Positions 36,560 to 45,152 of a DNA stretch of 55,620 bases are shown here, piece by piece (position 1 is the stretch's first letter; the number at the start of each line of letters is the position of its first letter). Position numbers and translations under genes: made by a program. The notes below the pieces were generated by a model. That model made no database searches, was not told the DNA's origin, and was given only the letters and a program-made list of their open reading frames with translations. This DNA comes from a virus (taxonomy: Duplodnaviria; Caudoviricetes), in the IMG/VR virus record IMGVR_UViG_3300009512_002372, positions 1 through 55,620 of that record; one strand, 5' to 3'.

Positions 36560-36957
36560 AAAAGTTTCTCAAGAAAATAGTTATCAGGGACGATTACATG
36601 ACTCGGTGGCATCTGATCCCTAGAAACAAACACTGCAACATCTACCTGCATAAATTCCACGGCTCCGACGACGCGATCCTACACGATCATCCGTGGTGGA
36701 GTGTCAGTTTCCTTTTGCGCGGGACGCTGTGGGAGGAGCTGCGGTCGATCAGCGGTCGGTGTGTTGATCGCCGAATCCCTTGGCTTTGGCCTGTGTTCAG
36801 AAAAGCAAAGCTACTGCACCGGCTTGACGTTTATAACAGCCCAGTCTGGACTCTGTTTATTACTGGCCCCGTCGTTAGGCGATGGGGTTTCTCGACGCCA
36901 GCGGGTTGGGTTGATGCCGGGTGTTACCGCGGCCGCGGCAGGACTATAGACCAATGA
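36556..36957 (+). CDS. Cupin-like conserved phage protein
   Basis: YLHKFHGSD...HDHPW...HRL...WTLFITGP...WGF. Confidence 0.75.
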   Translation: MKKFLKKIVIRDDYMTRWHLIPRNKHCNIYLHKFHGSDDAILHDHPWWSVSFLLRGTLWEELRSISGRCVDRRIPWLWPVFRKAKLLHRLDVYNSPVWTLFITGPVVRRWGFSTPAGWVDAGCYRGRGRTIDQ

Positions 36958-37460
36958 GGGCTATCGAACGTATCGCACTGTTGGCCGTGAGAGGCAGCTC
37001 GGCGTTTTCAGACGGCGGCGGGGCAACGACTGGGCGAAAGCGCGGGTGGCAGGACGTGGCCGCGGCGTTGGCTGCTCCCCGGTCTAAGTCTCCGACAGAC
37101 CAGCGGCCGCCAGCGTCTGAGCTGGGCAGGCTCATCGTGTTGCAGGACATCAGCTCGGTTGAGTTACGGCGGCTGCTGCAATGGGTGGGCGGGACTGAGC
37201 GAGAAGCAGCCGCGGCCGTTAGCGCCGTGATTGGCGCAACGCCATGCACTGGGTGCGGTGGATCGGGGGAGGGTGCAGCAGGGACTTACTGCCCGCGGTG
37301 CGACGGGGCCGGGGTCAAGAACTTGGGTGAGCGTCCTATCGCTGAGTTGTTAGGGGTAAGCAGACACCGCTTCAGAAAAGACCGGGCGGCGCATGACGCG
37401 AGGGTTGCAAGGGTACATGACCTGATTGAAATTTTAGAGAGGAGGCTGCGCGGAAGTTAA
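36954..37460 (+). CDS. Possible late regulator/antiterminator Q-like protein with Zn finger
   Basis: CTGCGGSG...CPRCDGAG plus HTH-like IAELLGVS; last gene of the rightward operon. Confidence 0.55.
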   Translation: MRAIERIALLAVRGSSAFSDGGGATTGRKRGWQDVAAALAAPRSKSPTDQRPPASELGRLIVLQDISSVELRRLLQWVGGTEREAAAAVSAVIGATPCTGCGGSGEGAAGTYCPRCDGAGVKNLGERPIAELLGVSRHRFRKDRAAHDARVARVHDLIEILERRLRGS

Positions 37461-37462
37461 GC

Positions 37463-37488
37463 GGGCAAAAACGAATCGGTTTTTGCCC
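37463..37488. terminator. Hairpin between convergent operons
   Basis: GGGCAAAAAC-GAATCG-GTTTTTGCCC. Confidence 0.65.
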
Positions 37489-37502
37489 ACTTAGGGGGTT
37501 GA

Positions 37503-37748
37503 CTATAAATTCATAAACTCCTGCACATAGAAGTCAGGACTTAAACACGCTTTCTCAAACGCTGCTTCCGCGTCTTCTCGTTGGAGGTACGTCATCCGTA
37601 TCAAGTTTCCTAGTTCCGTTTCTTTTTCTTTTCGTGCGGCGCGTCTAGCCGCCCTTTCTTCCCGCGACCCGCGCGCGTTACCCCCGTAGCTGCGGTCGAG
37701 TTCGATGCGAAACTGAATGGGATGCCTTGTGCTGCTGAATAAGCTCAT
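37503..37748 (-). CDS. Hypothetical protein
   Basis: GGAGG RBS; ATGA coupling. Confidence 0.55.
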   Translation of the reverse strand: MSLFSSTRHPIQFRIELDRSYGGNARGSREERAARRAARKEKETELGNLIRMTYLQREDAEAAFEKACLSPDFYVQEFMNL

Positions 37749-37951
37749 TTGTATTTCCTCCCTAAAAATTCATCTAGCGTAATGTCCATTGTTGAGACGG
37801 CTCGGTCGAACGCGGCCGCGTCGCAGGACTTGTTGGCTGCCGCAGTCTTGGCGAAGTAGTGGTCGGCCATGAAGCCAGCCCAGTGCGTATCGTTTAATAG
37901 ATACTTAACTTTGCGGTGCAGTGGAGTTTTGCGTATCTTGTTAGTAGCCAT
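37745..37951 (-). CDS. Hypothetical protein
   Basis: GAGG RBS; upstream extended -10 TGGTATAAT. Confidence 0.6.
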   Translation of the reverse strand: MATNKIRKTPLHRKVKYLLNDTHWAGFMADHYFAKTAAANKSCDAAAFDRAVSTMDITLDEFLGRKYK

Positions 37952-38011
37952 ATAGATAACCTCTAGTTGTTGGTTAGTGGCGGCTGGGTCTCATCCCCTG
38001 CCGTCACGTCT

Positions 38012-38020
38012 ATTATACCA
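38012..38020 (-). promoter_or_regulatory. Extended -10 promoter element TGGTATAAT
   Basis: Perfect TGnTATAAT upstream of the gene starting at 37951. Confidence 0.55.
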
Positions 38021-38286
38021 AGTGACTTTTTACGAAATGAGAAATACGCTGCTGTCAAAGGGTTTTTAGCCTATCAGCCCTACTACCTATCACACTGAAA
38101 AAAACCCTTGACACTTATTCCGTAGTGTATTTCTTCGCCCACGGCAGGACTTGTAGGGGTCTGAGCCTTGCCCGCTAGCCCCGAATTTATTTTCAGGGGC
38201 GGATTGGCTCGCGTCCGGGTCTTGCTCTGAACGGGTCAGTAATAGGGGAGGCCGTCTGAAAGACATACTGAATTTGGTATGCCCAC

Positions 38287-38311
38287 AAAAAAGCCCGCAC
38301 GATGGCGGGCT
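38287..38311 (-). terminator. Rho-independent terminator of the early operon
   Basis: AGCCCGCCATCGTGCGGGC followed by T6. Confidence 0.8.
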
Positions 38312-38326
38312 GAGTGGGGCGGGCGG

Positions 38327-38548
38327 TTAGTAGCTGTCAAGCTCTTCTATGGCAGCGTCTATAAGTTCTGGCGTTAGGGTTGCCCCTGCTGCTAGCTGAG
38401 ATTTTAATTCAGCCGAGAACTCTTTAAGAATACGCACCGTTTCCTTGCGGGAAGTTTCGCGGATTCGCTCTCGCAAATTCTCTCGCTGATCTCTGATAGA
38501 GCTTTCTACTCTACTCAACCGCGCGCCTATTTCGTTTGGGTTACTCAT
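38327..38548 (-). CDS. Hypothetical coiled-coil protein
   Basis: GGGGAAG RBS before MSNPNEIG. Confidence 0.6.
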   Translation of the reverse strand: MSNPNEIGARLSRVESSIRDQRENLRERIRETSRKETVRILKEFSAELKSQLAAGATLTPELIDAAIEELDSY

Positions 38549-38885
38549 CGTTATCTTCCCCTCGCTGGCTAGTGTGCAGGACTTCTTCGCTTCCGCAATC
38601 GCCGCAGTGCGGGGTGAGCTGCTCCTCGTTGTACTTCGCGCCACAATCCTCGCACTGGTACACCATGTCCTCTTCCCGGTACTCAGTCCACGCGACTGTT
38701 TGCAAGGAGTGCGCAGACCACATAATGGTAGCGGTAGTGCGTCCAGTGCCCCGGTCTACCAGCCTCACCAAGATACCGTCCTCGCTGTCCGCGGTGTGAA
38801 CCTCGTGCGTCGCCTCCGATTTCGGATCGTCGTACCAAGACCTGCGGCCCAGCTCGTGTGTTTTAGTTCGCGTTTCGTTTATCAT
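38541..38885 (-). CDS. Zn-ribbon protein
   Basis: CEDCG...HCGDCGS; GGAG RBS. Confidence 0.65.
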   Translation of the reverse strand: MINETRTKTHELGRRSWYDDPKSEATHEVHTADSEDGILVRLVDRGTGRTTATIMWSAHSLQTVAWTEYREEDMVYQCEDCGAKYNEEQLTPHCGDCGSEEVLHTSQRGEDNDE

Positions 38886-39049
38886 TTGCTGCTCCCTTTA
38901 CGCATTGGCTTAATATGTCGATACTGGTCGCGCCCCGTCATTGCATCGCGCGACCACATACGGTTGGTTTGCTTATCTCGCTTGTTGGCGCTGTTGCAGA
39001 TGCACAGATACGCCAGCTCGCCATAGCGGTATGTTCTATAGCTTTTCAT
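38882..39049 (-). CDS. Small hypothetical protein (55 aa), absent from the ORF track
   Basis: GGAGAACAACGATG start; MKSYRTYRYGELAYLC...; stop overlaps the next ATG. Confidence 0.55.
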   Translation of the reverse strand: MKSYRTYRYGELAYLCICNSANKRDKQTNRMWSRDAMTGRDQYRHIKPMRKGSSK

Positions 39050-39242
39050 CGTTGTTCTCCATGTGTAACAGCATTAATGAGACAAATGCAGGTACGTTTT
39101 CTGTAAGGTGTTTCAAGTAAGCGTCCATCTCCCATACTGTGCCATCACCCGCCCATTCAAAATATTCTACAGGCCAAGCATTGAAATGTATTACATGGTC
39201 AGAGCAGTAATCAATTAGCCCTATTAGGTCTTTAGGTAACAT
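39036..39242 (-). CDS. Hypothetical acidic protein (AT-rich)
   Basis: GGAGAACAACGATG start. Confidence 0.65.
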   Translation of the reverse strand: MLPKDLIGLIDYCSDHVIHFNAWPVEYFEWAGDGTVWEMDAYLKHLTENVPAFVSLMLLHMENNDEKL

Positions 39243-39297
39243 CGTTGTTCTCCTGAGTTGTTAGGTTAAGAGTGAGTGTGTCCATCGGACTCGGTTG

Positions 39298-39456
39298 TTA
39301 AAGCGTTGCTTGTAGTTTGGCGGTTTGCTTTGTCCGGGACTCTGTGTCAGTGTCCCAGCGGGCTTCGACCCAGAGGCGCTCCTCGCGTCGCTTCTGGGTT
39401 TTCTTACTGGCTTTGAGATGCCGCAATCGCCGCGCGTCGTTTTTGGTGTAGTTCAT
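39298..39456 (-). CDS. Small basic hypothetical protein (52 aa), absent from the ORF track
   Basis: MNYTKNDARRLRHLK..., downstream of AGGAG, translated by hand. Confidence 0.45.
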   Translation of the reverse strand: MNYTKNDARRLRHLKASKKTQKRREERLWVEARWDTDTESRTKQTAKLQATL

Positions 39457-39458
39457 TG

Positions 39459-39965
39459 TCATAGTCGTGTGGCTCCTGTCTGCTGCTGAGTGGTTGTGAG
39501 TAAGAGGCGAAGTGATCGCCCCAGCTTCGCAGTCCGGCTCGGCGCGAGTCTTTCAAACTCCTGCTCTACCAGTTTGCGAAACTGCGTGGCATACGATGCG
39601 CGTAGCGCAACGCGCGCTAGCCCGGCGACCTTGTCCGTTTGCTCGGGCGGTACATAGCGGCAGTCGCGCGCCGCTGCCACTCGGGTGCAGTTGCGCAAGG
39701 TCTGGGCCGCGTCGATGCCTCGGCAAGACTCTGCCGGGGCGCGCGCCAGCGCCCACGCCGCAAGCTCTGCGAGTAACTGCTCGGCGCGATATGCCGACAG
39801 CTTGCGCGCCGTCTTAGGCGCTCCAGCGCGCGCCGTCCAGAGCGAGTCGCCGGGCTGTGAGTAGGCGTGGGCAGCTAAGGGGCTGTCCCAGCCTGTGGCC
39901 TGAACCCTCGCCACTGGGGCGGGGGTAGCAGGCGCGTACCAGTACACTGTCTTTGCGGCGATCAT
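39459..39965 (-). CDS. Hypothetical protein
   Basis: ATGA-coupled to the vWA gene (MIAAKTVYWY...). Confidence 0.55.
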   Translation of the reverse strand: MIAAKTVYWYAPATPAPVARVQATGWDSPLAAHAYSQPGDSLWTARAGAPKTARKLSAYRAEQLLAELAAWALARAPAESCRGIDAAQTLRNCTRVAAARDCRYVPPEQTDKVAGLARVALRASYATQFRKLVEQEFERLAPSRTAKLGRSLRLLLTTTQQQTGATRL

Positions 39966-41398
39966 GCGGCGTCTGCCACGATGACCGCTGCGCCAGCGTT
40001 GGTGATCTGTCGCTGACGGTGGCTGCCGGGCTGTCGATCCATGACGATGACCGCGTCGGCCGCTGCCAGCTTGTGCCAGTCGCGCTGACCGAACTCGCCA
40101 TCGGTAAAGACTAGGTGCAGGTCGGGTTGGTAGCCGTTCTGCTCCAGCCACTTGACGGCCTCGGGCAGATCAGTACCGCCGCCCCGGCTGATCTCTAAGT
40201 CCAGCAGCTCGGCCCCGGAGTGAACCTCGGCAACAGCCCGCACGTTGTGGTTACACAAGATGATCTGCGCGCCGCTGGTCGGCTGTAGTACGTCCAGTGC
40301 CTGCGCGACCTCAGCTATAAAAGCATTGAGGCGCGCAGTGTTGACGCTGCCGGATATATCAACCGTTACTGCTAGCAGGTCAATAGCACCCTTCGCCGCC
40401 GGGGATATAACCCCCAGTGTGTTAAACCTGCGGCGGTGAATCCGGGCGGGGTTGTTCATGCCGCCCCGGCCCGCTTTGGTCAGGTACTCTGCCAGCTCTG
40501 CGCGCCAGTCTGCTTTGGCGTTGGCGCTGCCTTGCCGTCCGGCTGCTGCGAGAGCGGCGCTGGGGGCGTCCATGCGTTCCTCAGTCTCGCCGTAGGCTTC
40601 GGCCTGAGCCTCGATAGCGGTATCAACGGCGCGCTCTACTCGCTCGCCGTCATCCTGCTCTGCGCGCTCCTGCTCCTCGGCCGTGCCGCTGTACTGCGGC
40701 TCTAAGTGGTGATCGTGTCCAGCTCGGTCGCCTTGGCCTTGGCCGTCGTCGCCGTCTGGCTCTCCGTCTGGCTCTGCTTCACCGGGCTGCTCGCCTTTGC
40801 CTTGTCCGTCGTCTGGCTCTCCGTCTCCCGGCTCTCCCTCGCCTGCGTCGTCTGGCTCTCCCTCGCCCGGCTCTGGCTCTCCCGGCTCTGGCGGCTCTGG
40901 CTCCTGCTCGGCGCGTTCGTTTGCCAGCTCGATGTATACGCTGTCTACAAGGTCATCGCGGCTGAAGCGTGGATCACTGAGAGCGCCGTCCATGATCTCC
41001 AGCCCCGCGGCTATTAGATCGGCGTTGATGACAAAATCGGCTGCCACGTTGTACAGCGTGTGATCCCACGTCCGGCCGTCTGGCCCGGTGCCGCGCTGCT
41101 TGAATGCTTTGCCGCGCCGCATGTGCTGAAGCGCCGCATGGGCCGCCTCGTGGCCGAGGAGGAAGGCGCGCTGCTCGACGTTGGGCAGGCCGAGGAAATA
41201 GTCCACGTTGATGTACAGGTAATAGCCGTCTGTGCCAGCGGTGTCGATGACGCTGGTGGCTACCACTGTCAGGCTCGACGCGAGGATACTGTGGTATCCA
41301 ATGGCGCGGGCGCGCAGCAGTGTGGCCGCCTCCACATATCCTTTGCAGGTGTAGAGGTCGCACTCGTTTTCGTAAATCGGTTTAGCGTTAAATTTCAT
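39962..41398 (-). CDS. DUF2201-like HExxH metallopeptidase plus vWA domain protein
   Basis: TAGTDG, LGHEAAH, NVAADFVIN, P/E/G/D linker, VDISGS (MIDAS), GGGTD, VFTDG; GGAG RBS. Confidence 0.9.
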   Translation of the reverse strand: MKFNAKPIYENECDLYTCKGYVEAATLLRARAIGYHSILASSLTVVATSVIDTAGTDGYYLYINVDYFLGLPNVEQRAFLLGHEAAHAALQHMRRGKAFKQRGTGPDGRTWDHTLYNVAADFVINADLIAAGLEIMDGALSDPRFSRDDLVDSVYIELANERAEQEPEPPEPGEPEPGEGEPDDAGEGEPGDGEPDDGQGKGEQPGEAEPDGEPDGDDGQGQGDRAGHDHHLEPQYSGTAEEQERAEQDDGERVERAVDTAIEAQAEAYGETEERMDAPSAALAAAGRQGSANAKADWRAELAEYLTKAGRGGMNNPARIHRRRFNTLGVISPAAKGAIDLLAVTVDISGSVNTARLNAFIAEVAQALDVLQPTSGAQIILCNHNVRAVAEVHSGAELLDLEISRGGGTDLPEAVKWLEQNGYQPDLHLVFTDGEFGQRDWHKLAAADAVIVMDRQPGSHRQRQITNAGAAVIVADAA

Positions 41399-41423
41399 CG
41401 TTGTAGCTCCTTGTGTGTGTGAT

Positions 41424-42425
41424 CTACCAGAGGTCTGCCATAGCGCCGCCCAGCTCCACCGCGCCGGCGGCCGGGGCAGGTACGGGAAACAGCTCGTCGA
41501 AACCTGACTGAAGGTCTTGTACGCCTTTGAGCGCAACCCGCGCGCCGGTCAGGCTAGAGTCTCGCGCCACTCCGCAGTCTTTCCACTCGTCTGTACTGCT
41601 GACGTTGGCGACGCGTGTGGTCATCATCTCGGCCAGCTCTAACAGCCGGGGGTCGTTGTTCGTGCCTGCGGCGATCTCTCGAAGCATCTGTGCTTGATCT
41701 ACCGTCCCGGTGATTAGAGTGGCTGCCAGTCGCTGACCGCTCTCTAGCTGGGTGACAACGCGCTGTAGCTGCGCTGCCGCATTCTTGAGGGCTGCCTGCT
41801 TGGCGAACTCTAACTGGCGGTAGGCTTCGGCGGCGTGTGTGGCTGCGTACTCGGCTGCCACGTCGGCGGGCAGATTAGGCATTGAAGCCGCGTCGGGGAT
41901 CGACAGCGGAATGGGGGTGTGCAGCTCGGCCGCAAACTTGCCCGCGACCTCCTCGCGCGACGGGTGCGAGGCGTCAGCATTCCAGTCGCCAAGGTCATCG
42001 GCCTGCGCCGCATGCACGAGCAGGTCATAGTCAACGAGAAACTCCTCCAGCAGCGATTCGGCCTCGCGCGTCAGTCGTGCGACCTCCGCGACCACGCCCG
42101 GCACTTTATTGGTATAGATCAGGCGCTTGCCCTCGGCGCTCTCACCGTCGGCGCGGCTGCCGTAAGGCAGTGTCTCGCTGGTCAGGTAGGTGCGCACGGC
42201 TGCGAACGCTGACGTAACCGCCTTCAGCCGTGGCTGACCGCTGCCTAGCAGGTCGATGTTCAATCGTCCGCAACCTTGTTTGGCTCCGGCATTCTCGGCC
42301 GCCTTGGCGCTGGCGGTCTTTGCCAGCTTGACGCCCTTCCACGATCTGACGGTGATCTGCGTCAGCATAAAGTTGTAGGCTGCCCGCTTGAGCATCTCCT
42401 GCTTGATAGTGTCTGTTGTTTCCAT
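41424..42425 (-). CDS. DUF3150-like helical protein
   Basis: Lies between the ATPase and vWA genes; VRTYLTSETLPY...FLVDY...HPSREEVAGKF pattern. Confidence 0.6.
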   Translation of the reverse strand: METTDTIKQEMLKRAAYNFMLTQITVRSWKGVKLAKTASAKAAENAGAKQGCGRLNIDLLGSGQPRLKAVTSAFAAVRTYLTSETLPYGSRADGESAEGKRLIYTNKVPGVVAEVARLTREAESLLEEFLVDYDLLVHAAQADDLGDWNADASHPSREEVAGKFAAELHTPIPLSIPDAASMPNLPADVAAEYAATHAAEAYRQLEFAKQAALKNAAAQLQRVVTQLESGQRLAATLITGTVDQAQMLREIAAGTNNDPRLLELAEMMTTRVANVSSTDEWKDCGVARDSSLTGARVALKGVQDLQSGFDELFPVPAPAAGAVELGGAMADLW

Positions 42426-42520
42426 GTTCTGTACTCGCTCTGGTTAAGGGTTAAAGAAGCCGGGGCTTCTACGCAGAAAGCCCGCAAAGGCGGGCTGAGA
42501 GGGTGGAGCTGTTGTTGCTG

Positions 42521-43636
42521 TTAGCCGGTCAGGGGCAGCAGGTCGGCATACTTTGAGATAAACTGCTGCGCGGTCGGCCCGGTCGCCATCCAGCCCTCAC
42601 GGGCTGACTTGCGCAGTAGGGCGCTGCCCACGCCGATCTGTAGATCAGTTCTGAACCGGCAGATGTACTGGAGCGCCCGGTCGGCGCTGCTGGCGTTCAC
42701 CGCGCTGGATAGCGCAATGTTGCTGGCTATGTACTGAAGGTCTGTCTCAGTAGGCAGCAGGCACTCAGTCGGGCGGTGCTGTATCTCCTCGCCTGACGGA
42801 ACCTTGTCGTGCATCTCCAGAAAGTCGAACAGTCGATCCGTTGCAGGCGCTCCGACGGTCGCCTCTACCAGCTTGCGGGCGATCAGGTCAGTACGCATGA
42901 TGCCGTCGTTGGCCGCGGCCATTGCGCCCATGTTGACCGCCGCTCGGGCGAGGCTGCGGGGGGTGCAATACTGGACGTCCTCGCTGGGTACGGCGTCCGC
43001 GAATAGCCCCTTGGTATGGCCCGCCTCGACGGCCGCAATCAACAGCGGGTGGATGTTGTTGCCCAGCGCCCAGTCTCGCCATGCTGCAAAGTCGAACTTC
43101 AGCTCAAAGCGCAGGCAGGCGTTGGCAAGGTGGGACAGTGTGCGGGTGCTGCCGCTCTTATCTGCGACGCGGTTCCCGGTGGCGATCACCACCCAGCCGC
43201 CCGGCAGCTTGTCGCCGCCGCTGGTGCGGGTGTCGCTGTCCATGACCGGGCGCAATACCTTTTGCATATCAGCGCCTGCCTGCGTCAGCTCATCGAGGTT
43301 AAGTACGCCGTACTGCTTGCCGGTGGCCTCAATCATGCAGATCAACGCGGACTTGCTAAACTCGGTCTCCCAGCGGCCGTCTGCGGTCTTGCGCGGCAGC
43401 CCCAGTCCTGAGACCTCCACGGCGTCGCGCTGGCCTGCGTTGAACTCGATGTATCCAACCTCGTCCACGCTGACGCCGCGGGCGCGGGCAAGGATGGCGG
43501 GGACTTCATCTCGGCAGAATTGGGTCTTAGCCAGTCCGGGGCTGCCCAGCAGCAAAATGGGCTGGCAGTCGGTCGAAAGGGTGCAGGCTAAAATGTCTTT
43601 TAGCTGCGGCAGGGTTACTGTGGTCAGTGCTGTCAT
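42521..43636 (-). CDS. MoxR-like AAA+ ATPase
   Basis: GSPGLAKT (Walker A), LNLDE (Walker B), ATGNR, TPRS. Confidence 0.88.
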   Translation of the reverse strand: MTALTTVTLPQLKDILACTLSTDCQPILLLGSPGLAKTQFCRDEVPAILARARGVSVDEVGYIEFNAGQRDAVEVSGLGLPRKTADGRWETEFSKSALICMIEATGKQYGVLNLDELTQAGADMQKVLRPVMDSDTRTSGGDKLPGGWVVIATGNRVADKSGSTRTLSHLANACLRFELKFDFAAWRDWALGNNIHPLLIAAVEAGHTKGLFADAVPSEDVQYCTPRSLARAAVNMGAMAAANDGIMRTDLIARKLVEATVGAPATDRLFDFLEMHDKVPSGEEIQHRPTECLLPTETDLQYIASNIALSSAVNASSADRALQYICRFRTDLQIGVGSALLRKSAREGWMATGPTAQQFISKYADLLPLTG

Positions 43637-43730
43637 GTTTGTCTCTCCAGTTATCAGTTATCGAAGCCCGGTGGCCTCTACTGAAAAAGGCCGCATAGCG
43701 GCCTGGGGGGTTTGGGGTGTGCCTGGGGGG

Positions 43731-44213
43731 CTAGGGGTTCTTTAGATTCTCCGACCATTCGCGCCACAACTTCGTTCGCAGCCCTTCCATGCCTTTCTCC
43801 AGCTCGATGACCTGCTCCTTGAGCGCCCATGCCGCCTCTTCGTATTCGGCGCGGCGCTCTCCGCTGCGGACAACTTGGCGCTCTAGCTGTGCGATGCGCG
43901 CGTCCTTCGTTCCGTATTCTCTTGCCTGCGCGGCTTTGATTTCCTCGACGCAGCGAGCGGGAAGCGGGGACAGCGGAGCAGCGAAGTCGCCGGGGAGGGT
44001 GAAGCTGTCAGGCTCGGGGAAACGCAGTGCGGCTGACTGGGCGTCGCGCACACGAACCCACTCGGCGGCGCGGGCTGCTAGTCTGCGATGTGATATGCGC
44101 TCGGTCAGGTTGATGACCAGCAGCAGCAGTAGGGTGACGATAGGTGCATAGAAGATGATCGCGGCAAAGGGGTTGATGTGCCGGTCAGATATGGCGAAGG
44201 CTAATAGGTCCAT
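43731..44213 (-). CDS. Membrane-anchored coiled-coil protein; first gene of the early operon
   Basis: TM segment FAAIIFYAPIVTLLLLLVI, then a coiled coil. Confidence 0.6.
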   Translation of the reverse strand: MDLLAFAISDRHINPFAAIIFYAPIVTLLLLLVINLTERISHRRLAARAAEWVRVRDAQSAALRFPEPDSFTLPGDFAAPLSPLPARCVEEIKAAQAREYGTKDARIAQLERQVVRSGERRAEYEEAAWALKEQVIELEKGMEGLRTKLWREWSENLKNP

Positions 44214-44334
44214 GTGGTGTCTCTCTCTGGTTGTCGCCCGCGTGATTGCAGGTCGAAACAACACTCTACACCCGATGAGTGTAGGGTACAAGTGTTGCTT
44301 GTAATTAGAGTGTAAATAGATGGAGCAAGGGGGC

Positions 44335-44638
44335 GTTCTTGATTTTGAAATCGAGAACGGATCAGGAACAAATCAAGAACGGATGGCGGCAAAAGCGTTC
44401 TTGATAGCGTTCTTGATTTGAAAATCAAGAACGGTGCAGATGTCCCGGTATGACTGGGCTGGGAGGTGGTGTGTTCTTGATGTTCTTGATGTTCTTGATT
44501 TTCCTAGATAGTCAGTAAAGAGATAAAGTAATTAGGTTTATTCTCAAATCCCTATTTTTACAAGCTACGATTGTAGGTTTTGATATGTGTATATAGAACG
44601 AACTAACTTAGCGCCATATTGAGAACATCGAGAACATA
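44335..44638. repeat. Cluster of ~12 GTTCTTGAT/ATCAAGAAC-type 9-mers with an AT-rich segment; putative replication origin
   Basis: Direct triplet at 44473-44499, inverted pairs at 44335-44358 and 44409-44432, AT-rich stretch at 44500-44620. Confidence 0.7.
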
Positions 44639-45152
44639 CAAGCTAACCTTGTACCCGTGACGCCTCACCACTAAGGCGTAATAATATTAGCCCCTCCCCC
44701 CATCGCGCATCGCAATTCAGCAGGCCACCCCGGTCGCCGGTCACCCAGTCGCCGCGGTGATCTACTGCTGGTGACCAGCTCGGGTGTATGCCTACCTCCC
44801 ATGCCACACAGGCAGACACATCCTCCCTCCCCGCTGCGCCGAATTGGAATCGAAGCCGTAAGGCAATGAGGCGCTGTGGTGAACCCCCCTTTTTGCCTCC
44901 GTGCCGGGGGAATACGGGCCAACAGGGGGGCCGGGTACGGGGCGACAGGGGCAATTCAGCGGCCCCGCAGGGGCCGTTGTTAGCCCTATTATAGATTTCT
45001 GGTGAAACTGGATTATTGACTTACAAGTTTAGCTTTAACTTTTCCAAATAACGTGTAGATTCCGTGTAAATTCCACCGATAGGAATAAAAACAACTTTAC
45101 GCTTGTACGCCGCAACCAATAAGTGTAATCTCTTCGCTAGTCTGGAGCTTTA

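Noticed and set aside
38250-38262. Neisseria DNA uptake sequence GCCGTCTGAA
   Set aside because: Only one copy noticed in 55 kb, which is compatible with chance
42804-43745. 313-aa plus-strand ORF and other long antisense ORFs (e.g. 8424-9083, 48117-48884, 5065-5595)
   Set aside because: Shadow frames opposite well-supported genes, with no motifs or RBS
44355-44380. Alphaproteobacterial LexA boxes (GAAC-N7-GAAC, twice)
   Set aside because: They arise from the 9-mer array, whose other units have N5 or N8 spacing; not excluded, but unsupported
44335-44500. CRISPR array
   Set aside because: Units are 9 bp in mixed orientation with no unique spacers; the DUF2800 Cas4-like gene is a replication-module nuclease
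44643-44994. Short ORFs in the GC-rich intergenic tract
   Set aside because: Low-complexity R/G/P translations in overlapping frames with no convincing RBS
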